Assembly: GCA_973895155.1 (NCBI GenBank)
Contig: OZ316892.1
Span: 2,049,223 to 2,113,222, forward strand
Source: Marsupella aquatica
Taxonomy: Eukaryota; Plantae; Marchantiophyta
DNA: 64,000 nt
Reading direction: 5' to 3'
Part shown: in pieces, positions 9,023 to 21,428 of the stretch
Position numbering within the stretch: the first letter of the stretch is position 1
Layout: each line of letters begins with the position of its first letter
Notes under the pieces: model-generated
Told to the model about the DNA's origin: nothing
Seen by the model: the letters and a program-made list of their open reading frames with translations, nothing else
Database searches by the model: none
Program-made: the position numbers and the translations under genes

Positions 9023-11534
9023 TTTTTTTGGTGGCTAGTGCAAATTCATGATAAAATTCAAGTCACGTAATGATTAGGAAAAGTACAAGTTTGATATGGA
9101 AAAGTTGTGCACAGTGCACATGAGATACAAGAGTATAAGTACGACAGATGTAAAGGAATGTAATAATGACAAGGAAAAGTTTAAAGTCTGTAATATTGGG
9201 TGGTGCACATAATGTTACTTATGAACTTACCTGTACTTAATAACACTCAAATCAATTAAAATCATAAATTTAAGAAACAAAACCGTGAGAAGAACTTAAA
9301 GATCACTAGGTGTGCGCTTTGTTTAGAGTAATTTCCTTTCTCACTCATGAGAAGAAATGCCAAAAATTCCATGAGAGTTGCTACAAGGTTGGATGCACAT
9401 TATTGGAATCTAGAATGATCAGGAAAGGAGAGCATTAGGATAGCAAGGGTTAAAAGTATTTAGAGAAGTGCCAATATAGATTGAAAATCTGAACGATACT
9501 AAGGATGCACCTTGTGAAGATCCATTGAACTACAATACACAGAAAAAAGTCTCAATAAAACTAAATGTTGAAGGTGTATTTGCCAGTAGCAGCATCAAAT
9601 CTAATCTCATATAGAGGGTTACTCCAACTTTAAGCAATCTCCCTCAAATGGTAATAACAGGTTGTTAGGACTATTCTTCTAGATAAATGAGAAAAGAAAT
9701 ATTCTTCAAGGTACCTAAAGGAAAGAAATATTCTTCATGTTACCTATAAGTGTGAAGAATCCCCCAAAAGGGACAATAGTTTGTCTTGTAGGCAGTGTTC
9801 CCGTGCAAAAGAATTCCCATGTTTACCCATATCGCAAGGATGAATTTTTTAGTACTTTGAGTGACTTGGTACTTGTGCTTCAATGCTTATTCCTTTACAA
9901 AGTGTGGGCCCCACTTCTATCCCTACATGTCATTTTACTAGTAGTCAATTGTTTAACTTCTAAACTATTGTGAATCCCTTTCCAAAAATTGGTGGGACTT
10001 TCATGTTTTTGTCATAATGACTTAGTATAGCCACACATATAATTATGTCGTTCAAAACCATAAACTTAGGAGCTGTAGTTAAGAGGGGAGAAACCAGGAA
10101 GACCAAAAACTGCAGTAGTGAACTAAGGACAAACAAACTGAAGAGCCTAGCTGGTAGCTCGCTTGGTAGAACTCTGTGGTGAATTGTGGTTATTATTGTG
10201 GGACTCTTGGGCTTATTGTTTCTGGTTATTATTGTGGGACTCTTGGGCTTGCTTGGATTTCCCTTGTTTCCTGTACCTTTATTGGGTTTCTTGTATACAA
10301 GCATGTCTCCTGGTTGGGCACCTTTTGATTAATTTTCTGGCAGTGTGACATATTTATATATTTTTCCAACAGCCAATGTTCCCAAAATGCTGGCCCTGCA
10401 CTAGGGTCAACTACAATTGAAACTACAGTTGATGACACTTGCTTTGACGCCAAGCTCAATGACAACATGAATGTGCAGAATTGGTTTTGCCGGACATGTC
10501 ACAATGCAATTGTAAGTTTCACACTCTAAAATACATACATGTACCAGTGTTTTTTTTAGAGGCTAAAATTTGCAATGCAAGATCCACATCTCTACAAAGT
10601 CTTTGCCAATTTAATGCAAATATAGTGAGTAGATTTTCTGTTTTCAGTTAGACAGTTTTTGACCTAGCCACACACCTCATTAGCAAGAACCTGCAGACCC
10701 ATTAGCCAGATTCTAATGGCCATCCTCAAATCTAGGCACATATAGTTCCTGGCAGAGTGTATCTTAAAGTTAACCCTGGAAAATTTTTAAAAATCTTTAA
10801 ATAAGGTAAGATACACTCTGCCGTGAACTAAAAGTGCCCAATCAAGAGTCAGAGGGGATCCCAACTTCCAGAGGCACAATAAAGTGGAGAACATAAAGAA
10901 TAAAGGAGAAACACAATGGACAATTCCCAAGAGATCAAAGACTGAGCCAAGAAATGCCAAAAAGCCTGACACAGTGCAATACATACTAAGGTAATTTTCA
11001 AGGTGTTGTCTTGATTTTCAGGTTACCTTGTCTGAAGGCAAAGATCACACTCTCTGTTCCCGAGCTAATATAGACAACCTTGATTACGGAACCGTGTGGG
11101 AAGCTCCTTCCAAAATTTATAGCACCACGTTGAGCCACATCATCAGTTTCACTCACAAACACCTGTTCCCGAGCTAATGAGGGCTGTAGACAAACTTGAT
11201 TACGGAACCCCATGGTTTCTATAAGTGTGACGGGGTCCCCGTCTCAAAAAGTCACCATTAGGTGTTATTGGCAAGATGCATGTAAATAAATAAGCCAATA
11301 TACACAAGAGTTTTTCAATTTTTTTTAATTTCTTAAAAGTTAATCATCCCGGTGTGTGTTCATGTTGCTCTGGAGGGCCGGAGCTATTTGAACCCGGGAG
11401 GAACTATTTTTTTAATTGACCCTTTGCTCTCGTGGGTCTTGTCGTTGTGGGAGAAGAAAATTAGGCATCTTAAGGGGATACCACCAATTAATATTTGGAG
11501 ACCCCGACAGTTTTTCTTGGCCCCGGTGTAATAT

Positions 11535-11632
11535 GGTGGAGTCAGCCAGGGAGGAGGAGCCCGCGAGCCATGGGGCGCCAGGTGGAGTCAGCCGGGGAGG
11601 AGGAGCCCGCGAGCCGTGGGGCGCCAGGTGGA
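11535..11632 (+). repeat. 46-bp tandem repeat (2 copies plus a partial)
   Basis: ggtggagtcagccagggaggaggagcccgcgagccatggggcgcca / ggtggagtcagccggggaggaggagcccgcgagccgtggggcgcca / ggtggag. Confidence 0.85.
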
Positions 11633-11799
11633 GGGCCCAGCGTAAGGCTGCGTGTGACGGGGTTCCCGTCACTGAAAATCCTCAATAATTGTTTACTGTG
11701 TGCCATGTAAATAACCATTGTAAATAAGCCATTTTTTGGTTTTTTAGTTAATTCCATCATTATCGGTTGCTATGCCCGGAGGTCTCTACTTACTTTTAT

Positions 11800-13750
11800 A
11801 TCCTAATAGTTTGGATGCCTAAGGTTCCCCAACAAGCAAGCATGTTGGGACCTTTAAAATAGGGTCGGTCTAATCGGACACCCCGTTTCCCTTAGGCCAT
11901 TATTTCCTTGTTATTTTCTTGAGACCCCAATAGCCAGGTCTAAGTGGGGGAGTGCTAATTTTTAGTGTTGAGAGGTTTAAAACAAACCAAGAGAGGGAAA
12001 CCCCTGGTAAATAACGAGGTTTGGGGGGGGGGGGTCATAAGGGGCAGCTCTAAACACTGCCATGTGGAATCTCCCAAGCCAAGACCGGGAGCGTAAGAAT
12101 GAGGGTGGGCTGCCGCGACTGTTGGGGGGAGAATTAAAACCCCCGACATAGAGTAGGCAGCCGTGAGGAAAACCAAGTCGCAGCCGGGGTGCAGGGTCGA
12201 ACGGTGGCGCCAAGGCAGGGGTGCCAGGGGATTAGAGGGAAACGGGGGGTTTAAAACCCCAATAAGAGCCCCCGCGAGCTGAAGGCAGCGGGGCGCTACG
12301 GAGGGCCAGGAAGGCCATAAGGCCGGGGCGAGCCGAGGCGCAGCCGGGGGGGAGTCACATTATACCCTCCCGGGAGGGTACCAAGGGCAGCCGGGGCACA
12401 AGCCGATGGAGTGGGGGGGGAATTTAAATTCCCCAAGGAGTGGCAAGTCCCCTTGCATAGGGAGGCGTGCTGGGCCTGGCAAGGCGCAAGCACCAGGGCC
12501 AGTGAGACTGCCAGGGAGACTACCGGGGAGCGTAAGGGAGGAGTAGGGCAAGACGGGAGTAAGGAGGCAGCGCGCCCTCCCGCGAGCCGTGAGCATTGAG
12601 GGGGGGGGGAACTCAGTCTAGTGTTGGTGTTTGGGAAGTTAGCTCATAGCCAGAAGGGGAATTCGAGCCAGAGTAGTGAGGTAGAGGTGTAGCGCTTGCC
12701 CCAATGAAGCAGGAGTTGGGCAGACGGCAGGAGACCGGGTTGTCCTTGCAATGTGTTACCACTTTTTGCCAAAAGATATGGATTTGGCTTGATTCCTCAA
12801 GTTTTGGTGTGGCGTTATCTTTTCCGGCTCACAATTGTGTTCTTTCCCAAGAAGTGTCTAAGGAATACTTGCACGGATTGGTCGACCATGTGAGTAGGGG
12901 GCGTGGTGACAGCACTCCACCAGCGACCAGTAGGAGTGTGTGTGTGGCGTAGTCCATGGGACTTGATCAAAAGCAGCGGGACTAGTCGGTAGACTTGATC
13001 AAAAACTACATTTCCGGGAGCGGAAATAAACATACTCATCCTACATGCAATAGAATCCGAATAGCGTCCCTCCACGTTCCCGTTATACGATAACAAACGA
13101 TTTTAGTAGGAGTAAATATATATTTGTCATGTAAATCGTTTGATAAGCAGGTGACACTGCGTGCCCGCAAGTTGGGAGGCAGCAGGCGCGAGACGGAGGG
13201 CCGCCCCGGGAGTAGCGAGCCCCGGCAGGAGAAGGCAAGTAGGAGTAAAAGCTCCCACGAGTGGGGTAGTAGGCGCAAGGAGGAGGCCGCAAGGCGGGAG
13301 TAACTCACCCAAGTGCCGAAAGCAAATGCATTTTCTTTCCCACACCTCATTGCGGAAAGCTCTCGACATATCTCCCCATTTTTTTAAGTAAATTCCCTTG
13401 GCGCTTGGCTTGGAGAGCTATGAAATTTGATTTAGATCTTGTGACGATAGCAACAGTGGCAGCATTGGGTGACTGGGAATTGAGAGTGGTTCTTGATCGG
13501 GAGACGGGGAGCCTCTGGCCAGGCCCCGGGAAGGACTCCCCTGGCAAGGAGAATAGTAGGTGTTACCCCCATATCAGCGGAGGGCGCCGGCAGTGAGGAT
13601 TCCCGGGGGTGGAGTCCCGGTTCCGTGAGCGAGTCGGGGGAAGACTAGTGAGGCGTACGGATGTTGGTCGTACAGATTTTGAATTATGCAATACCTTGGA
13701 TGAGGGGAATCACGGGCTTGTTGGAAGGAGCTCGAGGAGTTGATTCCGGC
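11800..13750 (-). pseudogene. possible highly decayed Penelope-like reverse transcriptase relic
   Basis: Scattered frame-shifted motifs in plausible order: LHDKYIFTP (~13130), GNVVF, ATPKL, an APRL..VFL-like stretch (~12180), HLDLAI (~11940). No intact catalytic DD. Confidence 0.3.
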
Positions 13751-16174
13751 AAGGTGTGGCACGCCCAGAACGGAGTTAGGATGAAGAAGTTATGAGCTCG
13801 GGCTTATTACGGATTCAAACATCCGTAACTTGGTCATCCGGAGTCCGTTTACGGATTCGTAATCAGGAGGAGCAGAGCTATCCAGGGCCCCCCTCGGGGG
13901 AGTAGTTCAAAATGGTTGAGGGTTTCAACCTTGAGTGGCCCCCTCACTTCCCCGTGACTACCAAGTACGGTTGGCATCGTCGAAGGCACCGACGGTCCCA
14001 TAGTTAGATTAGGGTGTTAGGAGCATGTGTGTGCCGCATGTTTTGTCGTGGAAGGACAATTAGCTTCAATGATCATGAAGGTACAAGAAATTCAAAATTA
14101 GTGAGAAGTAGGATGAGCAAAGCAGGATGAGCACTAATACCAAGTTGCAAATCCATTCTCTTCCAAGTTGCTCCATGATCTTGCTTGTCTTGTCCACATA
14201 ATCATAGGTGGTGAAGTAAGACTCATGCAACAAAGCATATGGATGACCCCACACATAACTTTGATACAACACTTACAAATATTTCCAAGGACTTGTCTCT
14301 AATTGAATTTAAGAATTTTTGTTTGTGCATATGCCCCGTGTACAGGGGAAAGTGCTGGGTGGGCAAGCTGAAGCCTTGAGTCACTATAAGTCAAGCACAA
14401 TCATTCAACGGGAGGAGTCCCCATCAGCAGCTAAGAGTTTAGCAGATTGAAAAAATGTACCAGCCCAGGGGAGCATTGGGCCAAAGTGCATTTGAAGGAT
14501 TTTTCTTTTTAGCTAGGGTCAGTGGCAGATCTCATGTTTCGTGAAGGAGAAGACGCTAAGAATATTCCTTATTGACTAACCCAAACTAACTTTTGACTGG
14601 GTCATTTGATCTTTGTATAGTTGGATGAACAAATGAGTGCCCCCTCTAGCTAGCTCAGCCTAGATTAACATCTTTGCTTAGTTCTACAACCTTAGAAATA
14701 TTATGGTGGAGCCCATGGTGGACTGCCAGGTTGGGTACTATAGTAATATGTGCCGAGATGAAGAATTTTTATGTCGTACTCAAATTTAAGGACATATATA
14801 TACCGCCTAATGGACCTCTTTTGGTTATTCTTTTGTACTCTGTTTGGCCCTTTTCTGTAAAATGGTTGTGTATATTTTTCAAAAAAGGAAGAGTCAAACT
14901 GTTTTTTTTTGGGACAAAAGTGAGTCCCTGACCCTCTAGTAGGCAATCTGTTGTGATAGTCATAAGCAAATTAATATGCTTTTTGAAGTGAAACATTGAG
15001 GGCAATCTTGCATGTGGTGGTCCTGAGAAAATTGGCCTTTGAAGTGTTCAGGTGACATCTTTGCACTGCGCAAGACTTTCCTGCCTCACCCCCTTGTCAA
15101 CCAATCCTCACGGCATTAGTAGCAGCCCTCCCCCCTGACCTTTGAATCTTACATAAAACAAAACAATCTTTACACATGTTGTCCTGCCTGCTCTTATGTG
15201 TGCAAATTTGAGGCAACACTGTTTACCGACATTTGCGGGCTGGTAAGAGCCACTTTTTTTAGAACCTTCCACATGCAAGACAACTCTGATACATATGCTA
15301 GGATCCTGTGGCAAAACCAGTGAGGGAGTAGTGTGGAGATTTACACAAATTATACAAAATATGAAAACCCAGATTTCCATCCGCAATCCATTTGCATAGG
15401 CTGTTCATGAGAGGTTTTCTCTTAAAGAGTTTTTTTGTAAAACAGGGCAAAGAAAGGTAAAGCAAATAAAGGAGAAGTTCAATGAATTTTCTAGTCAAGA
15501 TTGCTTCATTACTTCAGTTGATGCTCAAATGGACACAATGTTTTACCTTGGGATTGCAATTAGACCATACACTTGTTGACACCCGTAACAATGAGCACTC
15601 AAAAGAAAGGAAAAAAACATCTTAGTGACACTTGTCAGAGGACATTTTAGAATGGTCTCAGTCTGCAGATTGCACTGTAGTAGCCTGTCCAATCATATAT
15701 CAAACAAGATGGTCCGGGAGTTTCTCACTTCACCCTTGAATCAAAGAGTTATTGAGGGTAGTTTCAAAGGGGTCTAGGGCCCATTCTCTCCTTTAATTTG
15801 ATTCCCTTTAATTAAGATACATCTGGACCATGTAATGAGTGGAAACTACCCTAGTTTAGGGCCATCCCAGGGCCTATTCAGGTATTGTATATACTTATGT
15901 GTCCTACATGCCCCCACATGGCAAACAGGGAGCACTAGTAAATGCTGATGCGGAGTATTAATTTGTCCCAAATTTTAGACCACCTCCAGAGATGGCCTAA
16001 ATGTTTCCAAGTTTTGGCCCCTTCATTCAAGCGATTTGTATTTTCAAACTTTAATTAGCTCCTCGATTAGCTCCTTCTTTGAATGTGACTGCATTGCCTG
16101 AAGTTAGTTTAGAAGACTTTTGATCTGAAATGTTGTCTGAAATCTACCCTCCACTTTATTTAGGTGGATGTTTC

Positions 16175-16419
16175 CTCGGGGGGGTCACTATATGAAGGGT
16201 TATACATCACGTGCGACGGTTTGGGTCATTTATGACCCCCCTAAGTCACTTTCTAGAAAGTTATACGGCACCAATCATGTGATGACACATATGCATTTTG
16301 CAATTAAACAACCCTATATTTCCATAGAAGACTTAATAAGTCTTCCGCCAAAACCATTTAAATGGCCCTATACTTCGTCGCACATGATATGCCACTTCCA
16401 TGAAAGTGACCCCCCCGAG
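16175..16419. mobile_element. non-autonomous DNA transposon (hAT-like, 8-bp TSD)
   Basis: Perfect 15-bp TIR CTCGGGGGGGTCACT / AGTGACCCCCCCGAG; identical GATGTTTC at 16167-16174 and 16420-16427. Confidence 0.88.
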
Positions 16420-17213
16420 GATGTTTCATGGGAAATTTTATTTTTTACAACCCCTTGAGTTGCACTCCTAGATGCTGGTTGCTTGCCCTTGATATTTAGG
16501 TGATAAGAGAGTGACCTCCAAATTTTCTAAGTGTCAAGTTTCTGCTCACAAAGGGCTTTGGTGAACCCCACTTTGAGAGAGGGTTTGTGCAAAATCTGGT
16601 TGGCTTATGAAACTTGAACCTCACTTGTCGCAATGAAGACTGCTGGGCTACACTTAATATTAAGAAAACTTAGCTTGTTGGGATGATATATCAAGAAAAC
16701 TCTGCACAGTTTATGTGGATCCCCCATAGGTAGCAATAGAATATGTGAAGACATATACCCTCATGTCTTCACTTTCTATGCATGATGGGCAAATGGGCAG
16801 TGTCTATGGGCAACATTGAATGGCACGCGGGACCCAATTGTAGGCTGCAACGGGGGCTGCAATAAATGAGCTTATGATAGACTCTAGTCCCTAATTCCAA
16901 TTTGGTTTGGTGAGAAAAAGTCACAATAATTCACCACTTCTTGTTAAGGAAAGACTTGATGGGCCCTGGAGGGACACAAATCCATGATGAAGCCCATTCT
17001 TTGGAAAGGGACTTGCTGACCCCCCCCCCCCCCCCACCCCCCGCCGGCCCTGTCCCTCCCACCCTTGTACATCACCTGCCATGCCAGTCCCCAATGAAGT
17101 TGTCACTACACGCCCCTAACTCTCCAGCATGGTCATGGTGCTCTGTAGGCAACTAGGTCACTATAGAATGCTTTGTCCCTGGTCGGCTGCCTTCCTTCCC
17201 CTTGCGCACAACA

Positions 17214-17501
17214 TGAAGGAGGGGTGCCCAGACTTACAAAGGGTGCCCCTACTATTCTGAAGGGCACCCTAGCTTGTGAAGGGTCTTTTTTACTCTTCCC
17301 ATTGTGATTTCTCACTCTACCCTGTGTAAAATGAAATTTGTAGCACCTTTAGCATATCTTGCAACGTGAAGGAGGGGTGCCCAGACTTACAAAGAAGGGT
17401 GCCCCTACTATTCTGAAGGGCACCCTTGCGGAGGGTCTTTCTTACTCTTCCCTTCGTGATTTCTCACTCTACCCTACGTAAAATGAAATTTGTAGCACCT
17501 T
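17214..17501 (+). repeat. ~150-bp tandem duplication
   Basis: tgaaggaggggtgcccagacttacaaag...gggtgcccctactattctgaagggcaccc...gatttctcactctaccct...aaatgaaatttgtagcacctt occurs twice. Confidence 0.85.
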
Positions 17502-20500
17502 GAGCACATCAAAATCCGCAACATGGACGAGCAAAGGCAAAGGTCCCTTGGGGGTTTGTTTCCTTCCAGACCACATCAAATCTTTCGTTGCACTTCTCGT
17601 AAATGGATGGAATAGAACAGAATCGAGTAATAACGATAAGACGAGCAGGAGCCCTGAGTGACGGACGGTCCAAAGTCCCCCTTCCCAGGAATTTGACCGG
17701 GAAAGCCGGGATCCGCGTGGAGCTGTCACCGTTGAAAAACCGCGATCGCAAACTCGTACTGCGACGAGAAACCGTGCGACCGGGCAAGTCACGCCAACCG
17801 GAGATCCGTCCTTTTCGCAGCCGACAAACGAGCCCTCCATTATTATTATCCTCTCAAAAAGCATCGCTCTCATCGTATTCGCAAATTCCGCCCCACTCAA
17901 AGTATTCGCCACTTTTTCCGAAAAATTAGCCGGGCTTTATTCTTCGATTACCCAGTTTCATAACCTGGCTATTAGCCAGATGATTCCCTTACTAATTGAC
18001 CCAAGACCCCTTCAGCCATAATCTGACGGCCATGAATTAAGCTGAGACAATTATATAAAGAATCCTCTCATTCACTTGACATTCGCCACTCGGCGAAAAA
18101 GAAAAATCCACTGGTCGCTAGGATCACCGTAAAATTGGGTCTGTAATCTAGTGCGGTATAGTTGCCGTAGGCGGCTGAGTCTCCGCCAGTCCACAATCAT
18201 TGCTCATTCATCTTCGCCTTCTCATCTGATCATAGAGCAGGCAAGTTCAAATCTTACTACATGATCAGCGGGACGGAAGAGCTGGGACCGAGCCACTTTG
18301 GTTCAGCTACTCCTGATGATTTTAGATTTAAGGAGCTGCTGCAGCTGTTGTTCATGGCTTTTTACTCCTCTAATCTAAATAGGCAGCAGCAGCATCCGTG
18401 ACTGAGTGTTAGATTCCTTTGTCTTGTGTGGCCTCGATCTACCTCTTTTATTATTTTGGGGCTCTTCCGCTCTTGTGTAAGTTCTCCACCTTTTTGCTGG
18501 GCCTGAGGTTCAGCTCTCACTGGTGGTCTCCCACCTTTCACTGGGTATCTTCGCGTGGACCTCTTCACCTCATGGACGTTGCTTGTTTCACGGTTTTGGT
18601 GTCCAGACCTGACTTTGTAGCTTTTTGAGTGGAGCATAGTAATTAAAAACTGGTCTACAAGGACTTTCTAGCTCTCTGATCCAATAATCTAACCGGTGGG
18701 AAAGCAGTGTCTGATGGACTGAGTCCAGAAACAGCTTTTGATTGAAACCAATCTGTAGAACTCTCTTTCGCCGTCGCGCTAAAGCTATGGATATATATAA
18801 ACTCTTTTCCATAAACTCATCAGCGGGACTAAATATGTTCAGAGTGTTACACTCCGGACCAGTAACTGTCAGCTTCGTGGAGGGCATGGTAGAGTTGTGA
18901 ATTTTCCGGGCGCTAGAATCCAGAGTCAGCAAAAGCAAAAATGGGGATCCCGGCTGACTTGCAGCTGAGGAGAAAAAATAGCTTTGTCGATCGGTCTATA
19001 CCAGGGCATTGGAGGAAATCAAGATCCGATTCTCACCTGGGGGTACAGCCGGGAGCACCTTGGCATTTTGTTCCCCCAAACATTATTCATTATTGAAATC
19101 CGTACTATACTGCTGCCCTGAAGGTCAAGGATTGACATGAATCTCAGTCATCAGTTACGTTTAGGTGCATTGACTTTTGGTGGACAAAAGTCCATTGGCC
19201 GCACTAAAGCAAGGGAACGAAGTCGTTGCTGAAAGGGCACTGGTGTAAACATTCTGATCCTTCCTTTTGTTCGTCTTCTGGAAACCTAGCTTGCATGTGT
19301 GGTGGTGCTCGGCATTCATTTGGTAACCATCCAAATCGGGATCCCAAATTGGGACAGAAAGACAACTTGGTTAGGCAGGTTGGGGGATCAAGTACGTGGT
19401 GGCGGGACTGGACACACCGACACACCATTAGATTCTGCACGACTTTGCTGGGCGGAGGGGTATACAGTCAGACAGACAGGTGCTCAGTCAACATTGAGGC
19501 GGGAAGGGATTCGGGTCGGGTGCGAGAGTCGACAAAGAAAATTCACGGAAGAGGCATCATCGGCGTTCCGTTAGAGCGGTCTAAGCGAGAAAGAACCCTC
19601 CCAGATTTCCAAAGCTTAGGTGGCCAGGTCTTCCTCAAAGAAGTCTTGGATTGTGAAGGAAACAATTCATCTCGTACAAGATTGGAGTTACCTGCAGACT
19701 GTTTTTCCGACCGTTGTTGACTCTGACTTCGTCCGGAAGGTACAGTGGATTGGAAACGGTTTCGGTAATTATTGATTCATGATGTTGTTTGGAGAGAAAA
19801 AGAGGCTTTCGGGTGAGGTGAGACAGAAAGTACAAGGAGTGCGTCGCTAGACTGGCTTGGAACTAGTAGCGTCCCGGATTTACAGGAAGTGGAAGGTTTT
19901 CGAAAGGCAGGGGAGAGTTGTTCCTTCGCCAGTAGCGCGCCAATAGTCCTAGACTGCTGGTTTTCCTTCCTTCCGCAGAAACGAGAAACGGCACTTCAAG
20001 TTTTCTAGGACTATCGAGAAAACAATTCTGGACTGAGTTCCTGCAGAACGTGAAGACTGTCGTCGGCTTCCTGGGTTTAGTAAGTCTACTAGTTGTCAAC
20101 GCCTGTAGAAGAGGTACAGGTTAGAGTCCGAAAGCAATTGCAGCTATCGATGAGGAATGCCTGAAATCGCCACAATATGGTGCGTTCGAGACCGACAATT
20201 TGAGCGAATTTTCAGCAAGAAAGGAATGGCAGGGAATCCTTCTTACCATATCGATGCCTTCCGTGAATCAGACGTGGCGGTTGAATGCAAAGAACAGGCT
20301 GGGATATAGATAGAATCATCAATGCTCCAAAGGTATCAGTTGGATGAAAGAACGTACTGGTTCTCACTAACATCGTCTTCTGCATAGCCTCGCTCTCTAC
20401 AAAAGGGCTAATGTCCCAGTTGTCACGTTGCTCGCTCAGGGTCACTTTGTTCCTGTATGGGTTTTTCAGCCGAACGAGTTGAATTGAGTTGTTTGATGGT

Positions 20501-21428
20501 CAATGTCTCCTTCTGCATGTTTGCCAATGATCGGTTATGTAGCATTTAGAACCTAACCGGATACTTTCAAACCCCAGCGACTGTACTATGTCATCCGAAC
20601 TGTCCTGACTCTATGTAAGCGGATGAGATTAATATGTGCGTGGGGTTTGTCCGCACAGGGTACTTAGCCGCAGAAGACAACAATTCGAGGAGCAGGGAGG
20701 GTTTGGAAGTCTGTAATCAACTGAACGGGCCAGGGAAGCTGAAAGTCTAGCTAGACATGGTTAATGGTAACTGTCGATCAAGAGGGCAATGACCGAAGCT
20801 AGGGACGCTTATGGTTGTGGCAATGGATGCGCGCATCTTGTATGCACTATAAGGATTATGGGGCGGTACATGGAGAAATTGATCATCGTCGTAATCTGCC
20901 AGCCGGTGACTAGCTAACTATATCTATCCAGGGCCTGGCCAAACCGCTGTTGATAGACTGGTGCCGGACAACTAACAGGAAATAGCTAGCTTGCGCTCTT
21001 AAAGGTCAGGAACATGCGTATGGCAGCACCTTGTCGTCGACCTTGTAGATCAAGTCTTCCAAAGTAGCTCAGGGCCAGGGTAGCTGTAACGAGTACAACA
21101 CTAGAATTTCACACCCACGGGAAGAGTTATCTAACATTTATTAGCAGACTGGTTAGTGGGCGGCACAGAATGAACTTGGAATTTCAGGTTGCAGCTCGGA
21201 CAGGAATGTACACGTTCAGGTGGATATTAGTATATCTGAGCAAGAAAGGGTGAAGTTGTTAATGAGGCTGACAAGCCGGAGGACAAGTAGAGTTTGACTT
21301 GGGTCCATCTCATGGAAAGCTAGTGAATTCAGGTTGGGGTTCTTTTAGTACTTAGCAATTGGAATACCAGAGAAGACAAGTAGAAAGGCCTCGAGGTCAG
21401 GTAACTGACAGGCACTCGTGTTGGTCCA

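Noticed and set aside
14950-15500. Possible L1-type RT remnant (TGF, RGVRQ-like words on the minus strand)
   Set aside because: Too few and too short matches to support a call.
17469-20445. ORFs upstream of CYCLOPS (e.g. 19226-19720, 164 aa)
   Set aside because: No recognisable motifs; more likely promoter, long 5' leader or intron sequence.
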